Below, piece after piece: positions 8,897 to 18,192 of a stretch of DNA of 64,000 bases. This DNA comes from Candidatus Obscuribacterales bacterium (lineage in GTDB: Bacteria; Cyanobacteriota; Vampirovibrionia; Obscuribacterales; Obscuribacteraceae): assembly GCA_965228855.1 (NCBI GenBank), contig CBDDIJ010000005.1, positions 635,856-699,855 on the forward strand. Direction: 5' to 3'. A program made the position numbers and the translations under genes. The first letter of the stretch is position 1. Each line of letters begins with the position of its first letter. Under the pieces are notes generated by a model, which was not told the DNA's origin, searched no databases, and saw nothing but the letters and a program-made list of their open reading frames with translations.

Positions 8897-9970
8897 TTAG
8901 TAGGAAACATTCAGCTTCGCTCGCGCTTTTTTCATAGCCGCGTCATACATCAAAGAATCAAGATTGCTGTCCTTGCGATTCACGCTGGCAAAACCGGCAG
9001 AAGGTCCGGCACTAGCAGCGCTATCAGCGAAAGCGCCGTACGCTTCAGCGCCTATTGTTCCATTGGTCGCACCGGCCAGGCTCGGAACCATAGAGGCACG
9101 CGCAGACCTATAACCGGTAGTCGAGCGGGCTGCCACTACTGGCGATGCCATTACCGGTTTTGCTTTACCGGCGGCAGAAAGTGCTTTCGCTCCACTCTTC
9201 CATTCACGCGAAGCGCTGTCGGCAATTTCATAGGCAGCCCCACCGGAACTTATAACAGTCTTCTCTTTACCGGACTCGTCTTTAACGATTTGCCGATATG
9301 CAAGGTTTTCAAACTGACCGTCTGAAAGCTTTGCGATTTTCTGAAAAACTTCCATGCCACCATCGCCGGTGCTTTGCAGACCATCACATGCGAGCGTGTT
9401 GATCTGAATTCCTTTGGCAATCGCGTTCTTTGCTTCATCTTCCCATTTATAGTCGTTTGGATAATAGTGCGGTCCAGCGTCGCCGATCAAAAACAGGAGC
9501 TTAGCTGTTTTATTGGATTTGTCCCAAGAAAGGTCGTTTACCGAAGCGTGAAGTGCTTGATTAAGAGCTTCCGGACCGTCGCCTCCACCATCGGCTTGTA
9601 ACTGCGAAATATCGCCGACGAACTTATCTATATCTTCAGTGAATGGATAAACATTCGTCACATAGGCATCGCCCCGATCGCGGAACGCGACAAGACCAAC
9701 TCGAACAACCGGAGCAGGTTTTCCGCTGGAAAGTTTGGCAACGAGGTCCTTGACTTTACTCTTCACCATGTCAATTTCACCCTGCATCGAGCCGGTAGTA
9801 TCGATGCAAAACGCCAGGTCCATATGAGGCCGTTCTTTCGACTGCGCCTTGGTGGACTCGACTTTGATTTCAGGTTTTGAATCCAGATCTTTTGCAGCCA
9901 GGGTCATACTGGCACAGGTGGAGAGCAAAACCGTTCCCACAACTAGAATTCCTACCGTTTTCGCTTTCAT
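8897..9970 (-). CDS. secreted von Willebrand factor A (VWA) domain protein
   Basis: Signal peptide MKAKTVGILVVGTVLLSTCASMTLAA. MIDAS-type motif DLAFCIDTTGSM, then ...RVGLVAFRD...GGGDGPEA...LLFLIGDAGPH. The ATG at 9970 has AGGGGA about 7 nt upstream; the track start at 9976 is a TTG. Confidence 0.85.
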   Translation of the reverse strand: MKAKTVGILVVGTVLLSTCASMTLAAKDLDSKPEIKVESTKAQSKERPHMDLAFCIDTTGSMQGEIDMVKSKVKDLVAKLSSGKPAPVVRVGLVAFRDRGDAYVTNVYPFTEDIDKFVGDISQLQADGGGDGPEALNQALHASVNDLSWDKSNKTAKLLFLIGDAGPHYYPNDYKWEDEAKNAIAKGIQINTLACDGLQSTGDGGMEVFQKIAKLSDGQFENLAYRQIVKDESGKEKTVISSGGAAYEIADSASREWKSGAKALSAAGKAKPVMASPVVAARSTTGYRSARASMVPSLAGATNGTIGAEAYGAFADSAASAGPSAGFASVNRKDSNLDSLMYDAAMKKARAKLNVSY

Positions 9971-10194
9971 GCTCAATCCCCTATCGCCTGTGCCGTAATT
10001 TCTGCCGGTCGCGTTTTTTCGACCATGCTTACAGACTAACTAAGCCGCCGGAGAATTTCGGCAACTCTAGTACTGAAACAGTCCTGGGGAAATCCCTGAA
10101 TTGGCAACCTTGTAGGCCCGGTGAGCCCAAGAACCATCAGTGTATGAGAATTCGATTAACCAGGTACCTGGAAAAACCGCTTACAATCCCCCCT

Positions 10195-11682
10195 ATGAGC
10201 ACACTCTCCATCGCCCAGAGACTGGAACGTCTCCCGATTACCTCATACCAACGCATGATCTTCGTCGTGATTGCGACGGCCTGGTTTTTCGATTGCCTGG
10301 ATGTGGCAATGATGACGTTTGTGCTGTCATCTATCAAACAGGAATTTGCGCTGAGCGCCGAGAAAGCGGGATTACTCGTCAGCATGAGTTTTCTGGGCAT
10401 GTTCATCGGCGCAGGTTGCGCGGGCGTTCTCGCAGACAAATACGGACGCATCGTAGTGTTCCGCGCAAGCATCATCATCTGGGGTTTAGCGTCACTGTTT
10501 TGCGCGCTCTCGCCGAGCGTGGAAGCATTAATGTTTTTCCGCGTTCTTCTCGGAGTCGGCTTAGCTATGGAGCTTCCTGTCGGACAATCGATGATTTGCG
10601 AATTCGTGCCGGCGAGAGTACGCGGCAAGTACGTCGCGCTACTTGAAGGGATGTGGCCGGTTGGCTTCATCGCGGCCGGCTTGCTGGCGATGTTTATAGT
10701 GCCGAGCTTCGGATGGCGAGGAGCATTCGTTGCAGAGGCTATTCCCGCAATATTCGTGCTGGTTATTCGCAGAATGGTTCCCGAATCGCCACGCTGGTTG
10801 GCAGAATCCGGACAGACGGCTAAGGCGACTGAAGTCATCTGCGTCATTGAAACAAGAGTTGAGGAAGCGCTCAGGCGCAGTGGAAAAACACAATCCTCTT
10901 TATCCGGTTCCATCGGGGAAACCATTACAGATAACCATGGCGGCGGTGTGGCCGTTCTTACAAAACCGGAACCAACCGTTTCCTTGGCAACAATTGAAAA
11001 CGAAGTAAGCGAAGCGGTTTCAATTCCAGATTCAGATCCGAACGCAACATCACCGTGCGGCGATGGAAGTGGACCAGACCGAGCCTCGATCAAAACCATT
11101 TTCGGCAAGCAGTACATCAAGAGAACCGTGATGGTTTGGATGCTCTGGTTTTTCGCGCTGCTCGGCTACTACGGACTGACCTCATGGTTCGGCGCGATGC
11201 TTGAAGCCAAAGGCATGGACTTTGCCAAGTCGACGGAAAACATCATCAACATTTCACTTGCGGGAATTCCAGGGTTCTTCACTGCCGCATGGTTGGTTGA
11301 GGCGTGGGGTCGAAAGCCAATGATGATCACGAGTTTGTTGTGCTGTGCGGTCAGTGCTTACTTCTATGGCACCGCCAATGATACCAACTCCATTTTCATA
11401 TTCGGATTGATCATGCAGTTTTTCATGTTCGGTATGTGGTCTGTGATTTACGCCTACACGCCTGAACTGTATCCGACCCACGCTCGCGCCACTGGTTCTG
11501 GCTTCGCAAGTTCAATAGGTCGAGTGGGTGCCTGGCTCGGTCCCGTGCTCGTTGGCATAATTTTGACGAAAAGTGGACAGCAAGGCGCGTTCATTATGGG
11601 AGCAAGCGCATTTGTGTTGGCCGCTGCAGCTGTTTTCTTCCTGGGAGAAGAGACGAAAGGCAAAGTACTGGAAGAGATTTGA
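10195..11682 (+). CDS. MFS transporter (sugar-porter/SV2-like) with extended central loop
   Basis: Begins MSTLSIAQRLERLPITSYQRMIFVVIATAWFFDCLDV... 12-TM layout, with GR(I/L)xxF and PESPRWL signatures. The central cytoplasmic loop is about 115 aa. The upstream 106 codons of the track ORF have no transporter-like sequence. Confidence 0.9.
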   Translation: MSTLSIAQRLERLPITSYQRMIFVVIATAWFFDCLDVAMMTFVLSSIKQEFALSAEKAGLLVSMSFLGMFIGAGCAGVLADKYGRIVVFRASIIIWGLASLFCALSPSVEALMFFRVLLGVGLAMELPVGQSMICEFVPARVRGKYVALLEGMWPVGFIAAGLLAMFIVPSFGWRGAFVAEAIPAIFVLVIRRMVPESPRWLAESGQTAKATEVICVIETRVEEALRRSGKTQSSLSGSIGETITDNHGGGVAVLTKPEPTVSLATIENEVSEAVSIPDSDPNATSPCGDGSGPDRASIKTIFGKQYIKRTVMVWMLWFFALLGYYGLTSWFGAMLEAKGMDFAKSTENIINISLAGIPGFFTAAWLVEAWGRKPMMITSLLCCAVSAYFYGTANDTNSIFIFGLIMQFFMFGMWSVIYAYTPELYPTHARATGSGFASSIGRVGAWLGPVLVGIILTKSGQQGAFIMGASAFVLAAAAVFFLGEETKGKVLEEI

Positions 11683-11800
11683 GCCTTCGGTCAAAATTTG
11701 GGAACCAAAAGTTCACACTTGCGATGCTAGTCTAAGCATCTTACTAGGCCCGAACCCTTTTCTATCGCTTGCACTCAGCCCTGCGTCTGAGGAATTTTTG

Positions 11801-14059
11801 ATGGCTTCCGTTGAGAAACAACCGCAACAGGATTCAACCGACCAAAAGGCCGGTTCATCCAATGCGCTCGAGCAGTCGCAAGCGAACGTATCGCGGTCCA
11901 TGTACGACGAAGTCAGACAAAGCGGCCCCGAGAGAAAGGAGCAAGACGGAAGCGTAGACGCAAACGAGAGACAAACCGAGGGCGAGGGCGGGGGCGAGAA
12001 CGCTAACGATAAACCGGAGTCGGCTTCAGAATTGATGCTGGACGAAATCTGGAAGTCGACCTCGGACACGGTTCAAAGCGTGTCCAAGATGCTAAGCAAG
12101 GGAATCTCGCCAGCAATAGCGGAAAAATTTGGAGCACTGTCCTTTTTCGACAGTAACGAACCTGGCGGCGAGTCCGGTCTGGAAGCGGCAACACAACAAG
12201 CAGAACAAGTTGATAGAAGCGCCCTGGAATCGAAACCCGAATCGAACGGTTCCGGACCGAAGAACTTGGAAACGAGCGCTTCTGACTACGGGCTGGGCGA
12301 GGCGCTTTCGGACCTGGGTGACTGGGCATCGAAGGCATTCAATGATTACGTCGCAGAACCTTTAAATGATTACTTGAACATCTCTGACATTTTCGGCTCG
12401 GCAAGCGAGTGGAGCTTCGATCGGTCGGATCTGATTCCGCGCAATCAGGTGGACGAGAACCTGAGGTCGCTCAATGATTCAGCTAGAAATGAATTCGGCG
12501 ACGTAGAGAAAGAGATAAACAGAGCAGACAAACTCGATCTGGAGGGTGCCACCGATAGCGGTACCACAAATGCGGGCAGCAGCGGTCTGGAGCTGCCAGG
12601 AGACGCTTACGCTGACGGATCAGTAGAGATTGGCGGCAGCATGGTTACAGTGATGAGAACGCCCGGCGGCGACACGTTCCTCAAAAAGGGCGATGAAGTA
12701 ATTGCGCAGCAACGTGACGACGGCTCCTACAACCTTGCGCTAAAGGACGGTTCCACACTCGATCTTAAAATGTCCAGAGGGGATGACGGCAAATATAGTT
12801 TAGACAAGATGGAACGTTTCGATGCCGATGGCAAGTTGATGCAAAAGCTGGACGATGGCGTTTTCTTCAACTACAACTACGATGCGCAGGGTAACAAAAC
12901 CAGCGTGAATGCGGCGGCCGACCTTGAAGGTCCGCTGTCACAAGAGAAGCTGGACAAGATACGAACAGAGCTCGGAGACCGGGGAGCTGCCGCTCTCCGC
13001 GTGCAAAACGGCGACGGCACCACAAACCAATTATTGCTTCAATCGCACGACAGCAAGACACATTCCTTGACGGACGTGGATAAACAGAACGCCCAGATTT
13101 TCCACGACGGAAAAGAATATAGATTGAATGCTGCTGACCAACTGGCACTTGTAGGAGCAGATGGAAAGGAGCAGGAAGTTCCGAGCGAGATCGACGAAGC
13201 GCGGCAGAAAGTGCAAGAGCATTTAAAGGAACTCTATAAACAGCTTGGCGAGCGCGCAAGAGGAGAACGCGTTGAAGTAGACGGCGTTGGCGTAAGAAAA
13301 AACGACGACGGCTCGTTCGACATCGCGATGACCGACCCGATCACCGGCAAAGAGGAAGGTCACATTATTCTTCCTGCAGACAAGAGCGACGATCTACAGT
13401 TAATAAAGCCCGATGGCGAGAAAGCGATTATTAAACGAGAAGGCGGTTTAAGCATCGACGGCGGAGATGGAAAGACACTCGTAGATTTTAATCCCAATTC
13501 TGGCTTGAAAACGGATCAGTTCAATCTCGATGGAAGCGGATTGAAAAGCTTGGAAGATGGCACTCTGTTGAAACCAGACGGAACGCTGACAGACGCCGAC
13601 GGAAATACAATCAGCAGTGTCGGCGACGAAGAATCAGAGTGGTGGAATAAACCGGAGTGTGCCGATTGCGAAGAGCAAAAAGAAAACAGCAGCATCTCAC
13701 AAGCTACGACAAGTGAGGTAAATACTCTAGGGAGTATCTCGCTTTCCATCTCACGAAGCGGCAGCCCTGCAGCGATAACTGTCGCTAAATCGATAGCATC
13801 GGAAGCTTTTGGCGTAGCGAATGCTGCTCTCAGCGCTCTCGGCAACGACCTCCTGAACTCAATTCCGATTCAGCTATCGCTCAGCATTGCACAAACAGCT
13901 TTTAGTCAGGCAGAACGCTCCGAAAGAACCACAACCTACGCTTCGCGAGCTGGAATCTCGGATGCGACTAGACTTGCTGATCTGAACAAAATTGGAACTC
14001 TCTCGTCCACGACCTTCAGCCCGGAAGAGTTCGTTCGCGATCGCATGAAGGCTGCGTAG
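11801..14059 (+). CDS. hypothetical acidic 752-aa protein with degenerate DG/YD-like repeats
   Basis: ATG at 11801 is preceded by GAGGAA. There is no signal peptide. The N-terminal third is D/E/S/G-rich. The middle carries repeated ..DGS/DGK.. beta-hairpin-like motifs, including FFNYNYDAQGNKT (YD-repeat-like). The C-terminus is S/A/L-rich. Confidence 0.6.
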   Translation: MASVEKQPQQDSTDQKAGSSNALEQSQANVSRSMYDEVRQSGPERKEQDGSVDANERQTEGEGGGENANDKPESASELMLDEIWKSTSDTVQSVSKMLSKGISPAIAEKFGALSFFDSNEPGGESGLEAATQQAEQVDRSALESKPESNGSGPKNLETSASDYGLGEALSDLGDWASKAFNDYVAEPLNDYLNISDIFGSASEWSFDRSDLIPRNQVDENLRSLNDSARNEFGDVEKEINRADKLDLEGATDSGTTNAGSSGLELPGDAYADGSVEIGGSMVTVMRTPGGDTFLKKGDEVIAQQRDDGSYNLALKDGSTLDLKMSRGDDGKYSLDKMERFDADGKLMQKLDDGVFFNYNYDAQGNKTSVNAAADLEGPLSQEKLDKIRTELGDRGAAALRVQNGDGTTNQLLLQSHDSKTHSLTDVDKQNAQIFHDGKEYRLNAADQLALVGADGKEQEVPSEIDEARQKVQEHLKELYKQLGERARGERVEVDGVGVRKNDDGSFDIAMTDPITGKEEGHIILPADKSDDLQLIKPDGEKAIIKREGGLSIDGGDGKTLVDFNPNSGLKTDQFNLDGSGLKSLEDGTLLKPDGTLTDADGNTISSVGDEESEWWNKPECADCEEQKENSSISQATTSEVNTLGSISLSISRSGSPAAITVAKSIASEAFGVANAALSALGNDLLNSIPIQLSLSIAQTAFSQAERSERTTTYASRAGISDATRLADLNKIGTLSSTTFSPEEFVRDRMKAA

Positions 14060-14199
14060 CCCGTCAGGGCATCGAGACATCTCTTGACTATTTTTGTCCA
14101 AAAACCGCATGGGACGACACCTTTTCGGTTTAATCACCGCCGTCATGAAACTGTGCTAATTTAAATCCTTCATGATTTCGAATTTGCGACGGTGAGAAG

Positions 14200-14820
14200 A
14201 TGGATTCCAACGAAAAGAAAGATTGGACAAAGAAGAGTGTCAGCCGCAGGACCTTTTTAACGCACATGGGGCTCGCCGGCGCTGCAGCCGCAGCTGGAAA
14301 TCTTCCTGCAAAAGCAGAAGAGGAAGGAGAACCGGAGAAAGCGTCTGTGATACCGGGAGCGATACCATTAAGTTTCGTAGTCAACAAACAGCGTCAAGAT
14401 TTGAAAGTCGATCCCCGAACTACTCTGCTCGATTGCCTGCGTGAGAACCTGAATATAACGGGAACAAAAAAAGGTTGTGATCATGGTCAATGTGGCGCCT
14501 GCACAGTGCACCTTGACGGACGCCGCATCAATTCGTGCCTGACTCTGGCGATTATGTGCCAGGGCCAGGAGGTCACCACTATCGACGGACTCGGGACCCC
14601 TGAGAAGCTTCATCCCATGCAAAAGGCATTCGTGGACTGCGATGCTTACCAATGCGGTTACTGCACTTCCGGTCAAATTATGTCCGCAACCGCGCTCTTG
14701 AAAGAGGGCTGTGGAAAATCAGACGCCGATATTAGAGAAGCTATGAGCGGAAACATCTGCAGGTGCGGCGCATATCAAAATATTCTGGCAGCGATTAAAC
14801 AAGTTCGTGACGCTGGTTAG
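14200..14820 (+). CDS. (2Fe-2S)-binding small subunit of a xanthine dehydrogenase-family molybdoenzyme, with Tat signal (PaoA/YagT-like)
   Basis: Twin-arginine signal SRRTFLTHMGLAGAAAAAG. Cys clusters CDHGQCGACTV and C..C....GQ are followed by the second 2Fe-2S motif CRCGAY. RBS is GGTGAG. Confidence 0.9.
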   Translation: MDSNEKKDWTKKSVSRRTFLTHMGLAGAAAAAGNLPAKAEEEGEPEKASVIPGAIPLSFVVNKQRQDLKVDPRTTLLDCLRENLNITGTKKGCDHGQCGACTVHLDGRRINSCLTLAIMCQGQEVTTIDGLGTPEKLHPMQKAFVDCDAYQCGYCTSGQIMSATALLKEGCGKSDADIREAMSGNICRCGAYQNILAAIKQVRDAG

Positions 14821-14837
14821 ATTGGGAGCTATTTACT

Positions 14838-15839
14838 TTGAAAACCTTTGATTACGCAAAACCCAATAACTTGAGCAGCGCACTCAAGGACGCGCCAACC
14901 TCCGATAAGTTAGATGTTCCAAACTTCAGGTTCATCGCCGGCGGTACCACTCTGGTTGACCTTATGAAGTTAAACGTTGAAGTACCGTCAACTTTGATGG
15001 ACATTACAGGACTTCCCCTGGACAAGATTGAAACGACCAAGCAGGGCGGTCTCAAGATCGGTGCCCTGGTGCGCAACTCAGACTTAGCCAATCACCCCTA
15101 TGTGAAAACGCACTATTCCGCCCTGTCGGAGGCAATCCTTGCCGGAGCCTCCACGCAGCTGCGTAATCGTGCCACCACTGGTGGTAACCTACTTCAGCGG
15201 ACGAGATGTTCCTACTTCAGAGATCCGGCATATGCTTGCAACAAGCGCGAGCCGGGTTCAGGCTGTCCCGCAATCGAGGGTGAGCATAGAAATCTTGCCA
15301 TTATGGGAACGAGTGAGCACTGCGTGGCAAGCAACCCATCAGATATGAACGTTGCGCTTATGGCACTTGACGCAAAAATTGAAATCGAGAGTAAATCAGG
15401 AAAGCGCGTCGTTGCAATTACCGAGTTCTACAAAGAGCCCGGAGAGACACCACATATTGAAACGGTTTTGCAACCGGGGGAGCTCATAACTTATGTGCAC
15501 ATCGAGCCGCTTCCGGCTGGAACAATTTCACAGTATTTGAAACTGCGAGATCGAGCATCATATGAATTCGCACTCGCATCCGCAGCTGTTTTTGTTCAAA
15601 TGAACGGCAACAAAATCAATTTCTTGAGGGTCGCGATGGGCGGCATTGGAACAAAACCCTGGAGAGCCGGAGAAGTTGAGAAGGCACTAGAAGGCAAAAA
15701 TGCAGATACCGGCGCTTTCGCTGCAGCCACAGAGAAGCTGCTTAGCAGCGCGAAACCGCTCAGAGACAACAAATTCAAAGTCGAATTAGCGAAACGTTGC
15801 CTCATCCATTCCTTAAACACAGCGACGTCTCAAGCATAA
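14838..15839 (+). CDS. FAD-binding subunit M of xanthine dehydrogenase-family enzyme (PaoB/YagS-like)
   Basis: TTG start gives MKTFDYAKP...FIAGGTTLVDLMKLNV, the typical FAD_binding_5 N-terminus. ...ATTGGNLLQRTRC.YFR... points to a 4Fe-4S/FAD subunit of the Pao type. Confidence 0.9.
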   Translation: MKTFDYAKPNNLSSALKDAPTSDKLDVPNFRFIAGGTTLVDLMKLNVEVPSTLMDITGLPLDKIETTKQGGLKIGALVRNSDLANHPYVKTHYSALSEAILAGASTQLRNRATTGGNLLQRTRCSYFRDPAYACNKREPGSGCPAIEGEHRNLAIMGTSEHCVASNPSDMNVALMALDAKIEIESKSGKRVVAITEFYKEPGETPHIETVLQPGELITYVHIEPLPAGTISQYLKLRDRASYEFALASAAVFVQMNGNKINFLRVAMGGIGTKPWRAGEVEKALEGKNADTGAFAAATEKLLSSAKPLRDNKFKVELAKRCLIHSLNTATSQA

Positions 15840-15851
15840 GGTAAAATCGAC

Positions 15852-18086
15852 GTGAGTATCGAAACTGAAAAAGATATCAAAACAGTAGTAGGCAAACCGA
15901 CCAATCGCATTGACGGACCGCTCAAGGTTACCGGCGCCGCAAAGTACGCCTCGGACCATCAATTTCCGGGAATGGTCTACGCGGTCGCAGTGGGTGCCAC
16001 CATATCCAATGGCACAATCAAATCCATTGATACATCACGCGCTCAAAAAATGCCCGGAGTAATCGCGATTTATCATAAGGAGAATTTACCTAAGATCTAT
16101 CGCATCGCACCGTTAAAAGACGTCCAGCTCATCACAGACGAAGCGCGCCCGGCGCTATCGGATAATGTGATCCGCTATTACGGTCAGTACGTCGCGGTGG
16201 CCGTCGCCCAGACCTACGAACAAGCCGTTGCTGCGGCAGACGCAGTAGTGGTGTCTTACGATGCAAAAACACCAAGCGTCGATTCAAATTTGCTTGCCGA
16301 TGGCAAATTCAAAGTCGAACACGAGCGGGGTGATGCTGACGCTGCATACAAATCGGCCAAACACAAATTCGACGAAACCTACAGGCAGAAAGCTGAATTT
16401 CACTCAGCTATTGAATTACATGCATCGATCGCTACATTCGACGGAACTAATTTCACACTTTACGAAACGACTCAGGCCGTAGTTAATTTTAGAAACGTGC
16501 TGGCACAATACCTCGGAGTCGAACAGGATAACGTTCGCGTCGTTACGAAATTCCTTGGCTCCGGATTTGGTGGCAAGCTGTGGCCGTGGTCGCAAAGCGC
16601 ATTGGCAGCCACAATTGCGCGCGAGCTGAGAAAACCGGTTAAGTTAGTTCTGTCGCGCAAACAAGTTTTTCATGCCGCCGGTCATCGTCCTGCGATCGAA
16701 CAGCGCATTCGTCTGAGTGCGGATGACAACGGTCGACTGTCTTCGCTTCAACACGACTTCGCAAACCATGACTCCATTCTCGACGAATACAAAGAAGGTT
16801 GCGGCGAAGCTACAAAATACTTCTATAGCTGTCCCAACGTTGTGATTCGTTCGGCAATAGTGAAGAGAAATGTTGGAAATCCAACGTCCATGCGTGGACC
16901 TGGAGCCGTTCCCGGACTCTGGGCGACCGAGTCGGCGCTTGACGAACTGGCAGTTAAGTTAAACATGGACCCGATTGAACTTCGCAGAATAAATGAACCG
17001 AAGCATGACGAAGGGTTAGACATTCCTTTTGCAACGCGGGAGTTATTAGAGTGTTATAGAATCGGCGCCGAAAAATTCGGATGGAAAGACAGAAATGCGA
17101 CCGTCGGATCAATGAAAAAGGACGGGCTAGTACTTGGGTGGGGAACAGCCGGCGCAGGCTGGATTGCAGAACGAGTTCCAGCGGAGGTGACGGTTGAACT
17201 GATAGATGATGGCTCGATCAAAGTTGCCTGCGGAACGCAAGATATTGGAACAGGAACCTACACTGTTTTTGGCCAGATGGCTGCAGAAGAGCTGCGCGTT
17301 CCACTCGACAGAATAGATGTGGTGATTGGAGACTCCGCACTTCCTCCCGGTCCATTCTCCGGCGGCTCAATGGCAACAGGTTCGCTCGTACCTGCGCTCT
17401 GCGAAGCAGCAAAGAAAGCAACGCAATCACTGCTGGCAGCAGCTTCGCAAGCACAAGAATCCCCGTTCAAGGATGTTGACGTAAAAGAGCTTGAGTTTAA
17501 TAACGGCAAAATTTACAGAAGGAACGGTTCCGAATCCGACGGGATCGACTTCCAAAAGCTAATGCAACAAGCGGGCTTCAAGCTCATCTCAGGGAAGGGC
17601 AAGTCAGCCGGCACTTTCGGTAATAAAGAAGACGCAAAAGTGTCGAGACACGCATACGGTGCTCAATTTGTTGAAGTAACCTGGCAAAGAGAGACAGCCA
17701 GACTGCGCGTATCGAGAGTAGTTTCCGTGATCGATAGCGGACGAATCATCAACCCTAAATCCGCTCGCAATCAAATTGAGGGAGCAATCGTGATGGGAAT
17801 CGGCATGGCGCTCTTCGAAGGAGGGCACTATGAGCCGATGAAAGGCGCTCCACTCAACAGTAACTTCGCCGAATATATTCTGCCGGTCCACGCGGACATG
17901 CCGCACATTGACGTGCACTTTTTGGAAACGCCCAACAAGGAATTAAACAGCTACGGTGCAAAAGGAGTCGGAGAGATCGGTTTGGCAGGCATCGCTCCAG
18001 CAATTGCAAATGCGGTCTACCATGCCACCGGAATACGAGTCCGCGATTTGCCGATTCGCATTGAAGATTTGCTGACAAGCAATTGA
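15852..18086 (+). CDS. molybdopterin-binding large subunit of xanthine dehydrogenase-family enzyme (PaoC/YagR-like)
   Basis: 744 aa with a GTG start. Motifs: ...RIDGPLKVTGAAKYASD..., GSGFGGK, ...GTQDIGTGTYT..., ...YGAKGVGEIGLAGIAPAIANAVYHATG. Confidence 0.9.
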   Translation: MSIETEKDIKTVVGKPTNRIDGPLKVTGAAKYASDHQFPGMVYAVAVGATISNGTIKSIDTSRAQKMPGVIAIYHKENLPKIYRIAPLKDVQLITDEARPALSDNVIRYYGQYVAVAVAQTYEQAVAAADAVVVSYDAKTPSVDSNLLADGKFKVEHERGDADAAYKSAKHKFDETYRQKAEFHSAIELHASIATFDGTNFTLYETTQAVVNFRNVLAQYLGVEQDNVRVVTKFLGSGFGGKLWPWSQSALAATIARELRKPVKLVLSRKQVFHAAGHRPAIEQRIRLSADDNGRLSSLQHDFANHDSILDEYKEGCGEATKYFYSCPNVVIRSAIVKRNVGNPTSMRGPGAVPGLWATESALDELAVKLNMDPIELRRINEPKHDEGLDIPFATRELLECYRIGAEKFGWKDRNATVGSMKKDGLVLGWGTAGAGWIAERVPAEVTVELIDDGSIKVACGTQDIGTGTYTVFGQMAAEELRVPLDRIDVVIGDSALPPGPFSGGSMATGSLVPALCEAAKKATQSLLAAASQAQESPFKDVDVKELEFNNGKIYRRNGSESDGIDFQKLMQQAGFKLISGKGKSAGTFGNKEDAKVSRHAYGAQFVEVTWQRETARLRVSRVVSVIDSGRIINPKSARNQIEGAIVMGIGMALFEGGHYEPMKGAPLNSNFAEYILPVHADMPHIDVHFLETPNKELNSYGAKGVGEIGLAGIAPAIANAVYHATGIRVRDLPIRIEDLLTSN

Positions 18087-18122
18087 AGCTAAGAGCGTCA
18101 ACAAAAATAGCTTTGAAGAAAG

Positions 18123-18146
18123 AGGCGCGGACCGTAATCCGCGCCT
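18123..18146. terminator. bidirectional rho-independent terminator between the Mo-enzyme operon and giant gene 1
   Basis: 9-bp GC-rich stem aggcgcgga / tccgcgcct with a 6-nt loop. It is followed by ttcgtttactttattt on the plus strand and by ctttcttc on the minus strand. Confidence 0.65.
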
Positions 18147-18192
18147 TTCGTTTACTTTATTTCGAAACGCCGGGATGTTTCTCCCGCCCTTC

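Noticed and set aside
8427-9325. Plus-strand ORFs 8427-8900 and 8732-9325.
   Set aside because: They lie antisense to, or overlap, the EF-hand-like and VWA genes. They have no motifs and R/S/H-rich shadow composition.
9877-10194. 106-codon upstream extension of the MFS ORF, and the 327-aa antisense ORF 10137-11120.
   Set aside because: The extension overlaps the VWA gene's 5' end and promoter region and lacks transporter sequence; MSTLSIAQRLERLP... at 10195 is a typical MFS N-terminus. The antisense ORF is a shadow of the strongly supported MFS gene.
11573-11800. 76-codon upstream extension of the acidic-protein ORF.
   Set aside because: It overlaps the 3' end of the MFS gene in another frame. 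The ATG at 11801 has a GAGGAA site at proper spacing.
14060-14199. Sigma70 promoters or a Moco riboswitch upstream of the Mo-enzyme operon, and promoters in the other intergenic regions (57937-58282, 61728-62074).
   Set aside because: TTGACA/TTGACT-like hexamers are present, but none has a credible -10 box at 16-18 nt spacing. No conserved riboswitch-like structure is recognisable by eye. They are left uncalled rather than guessed.
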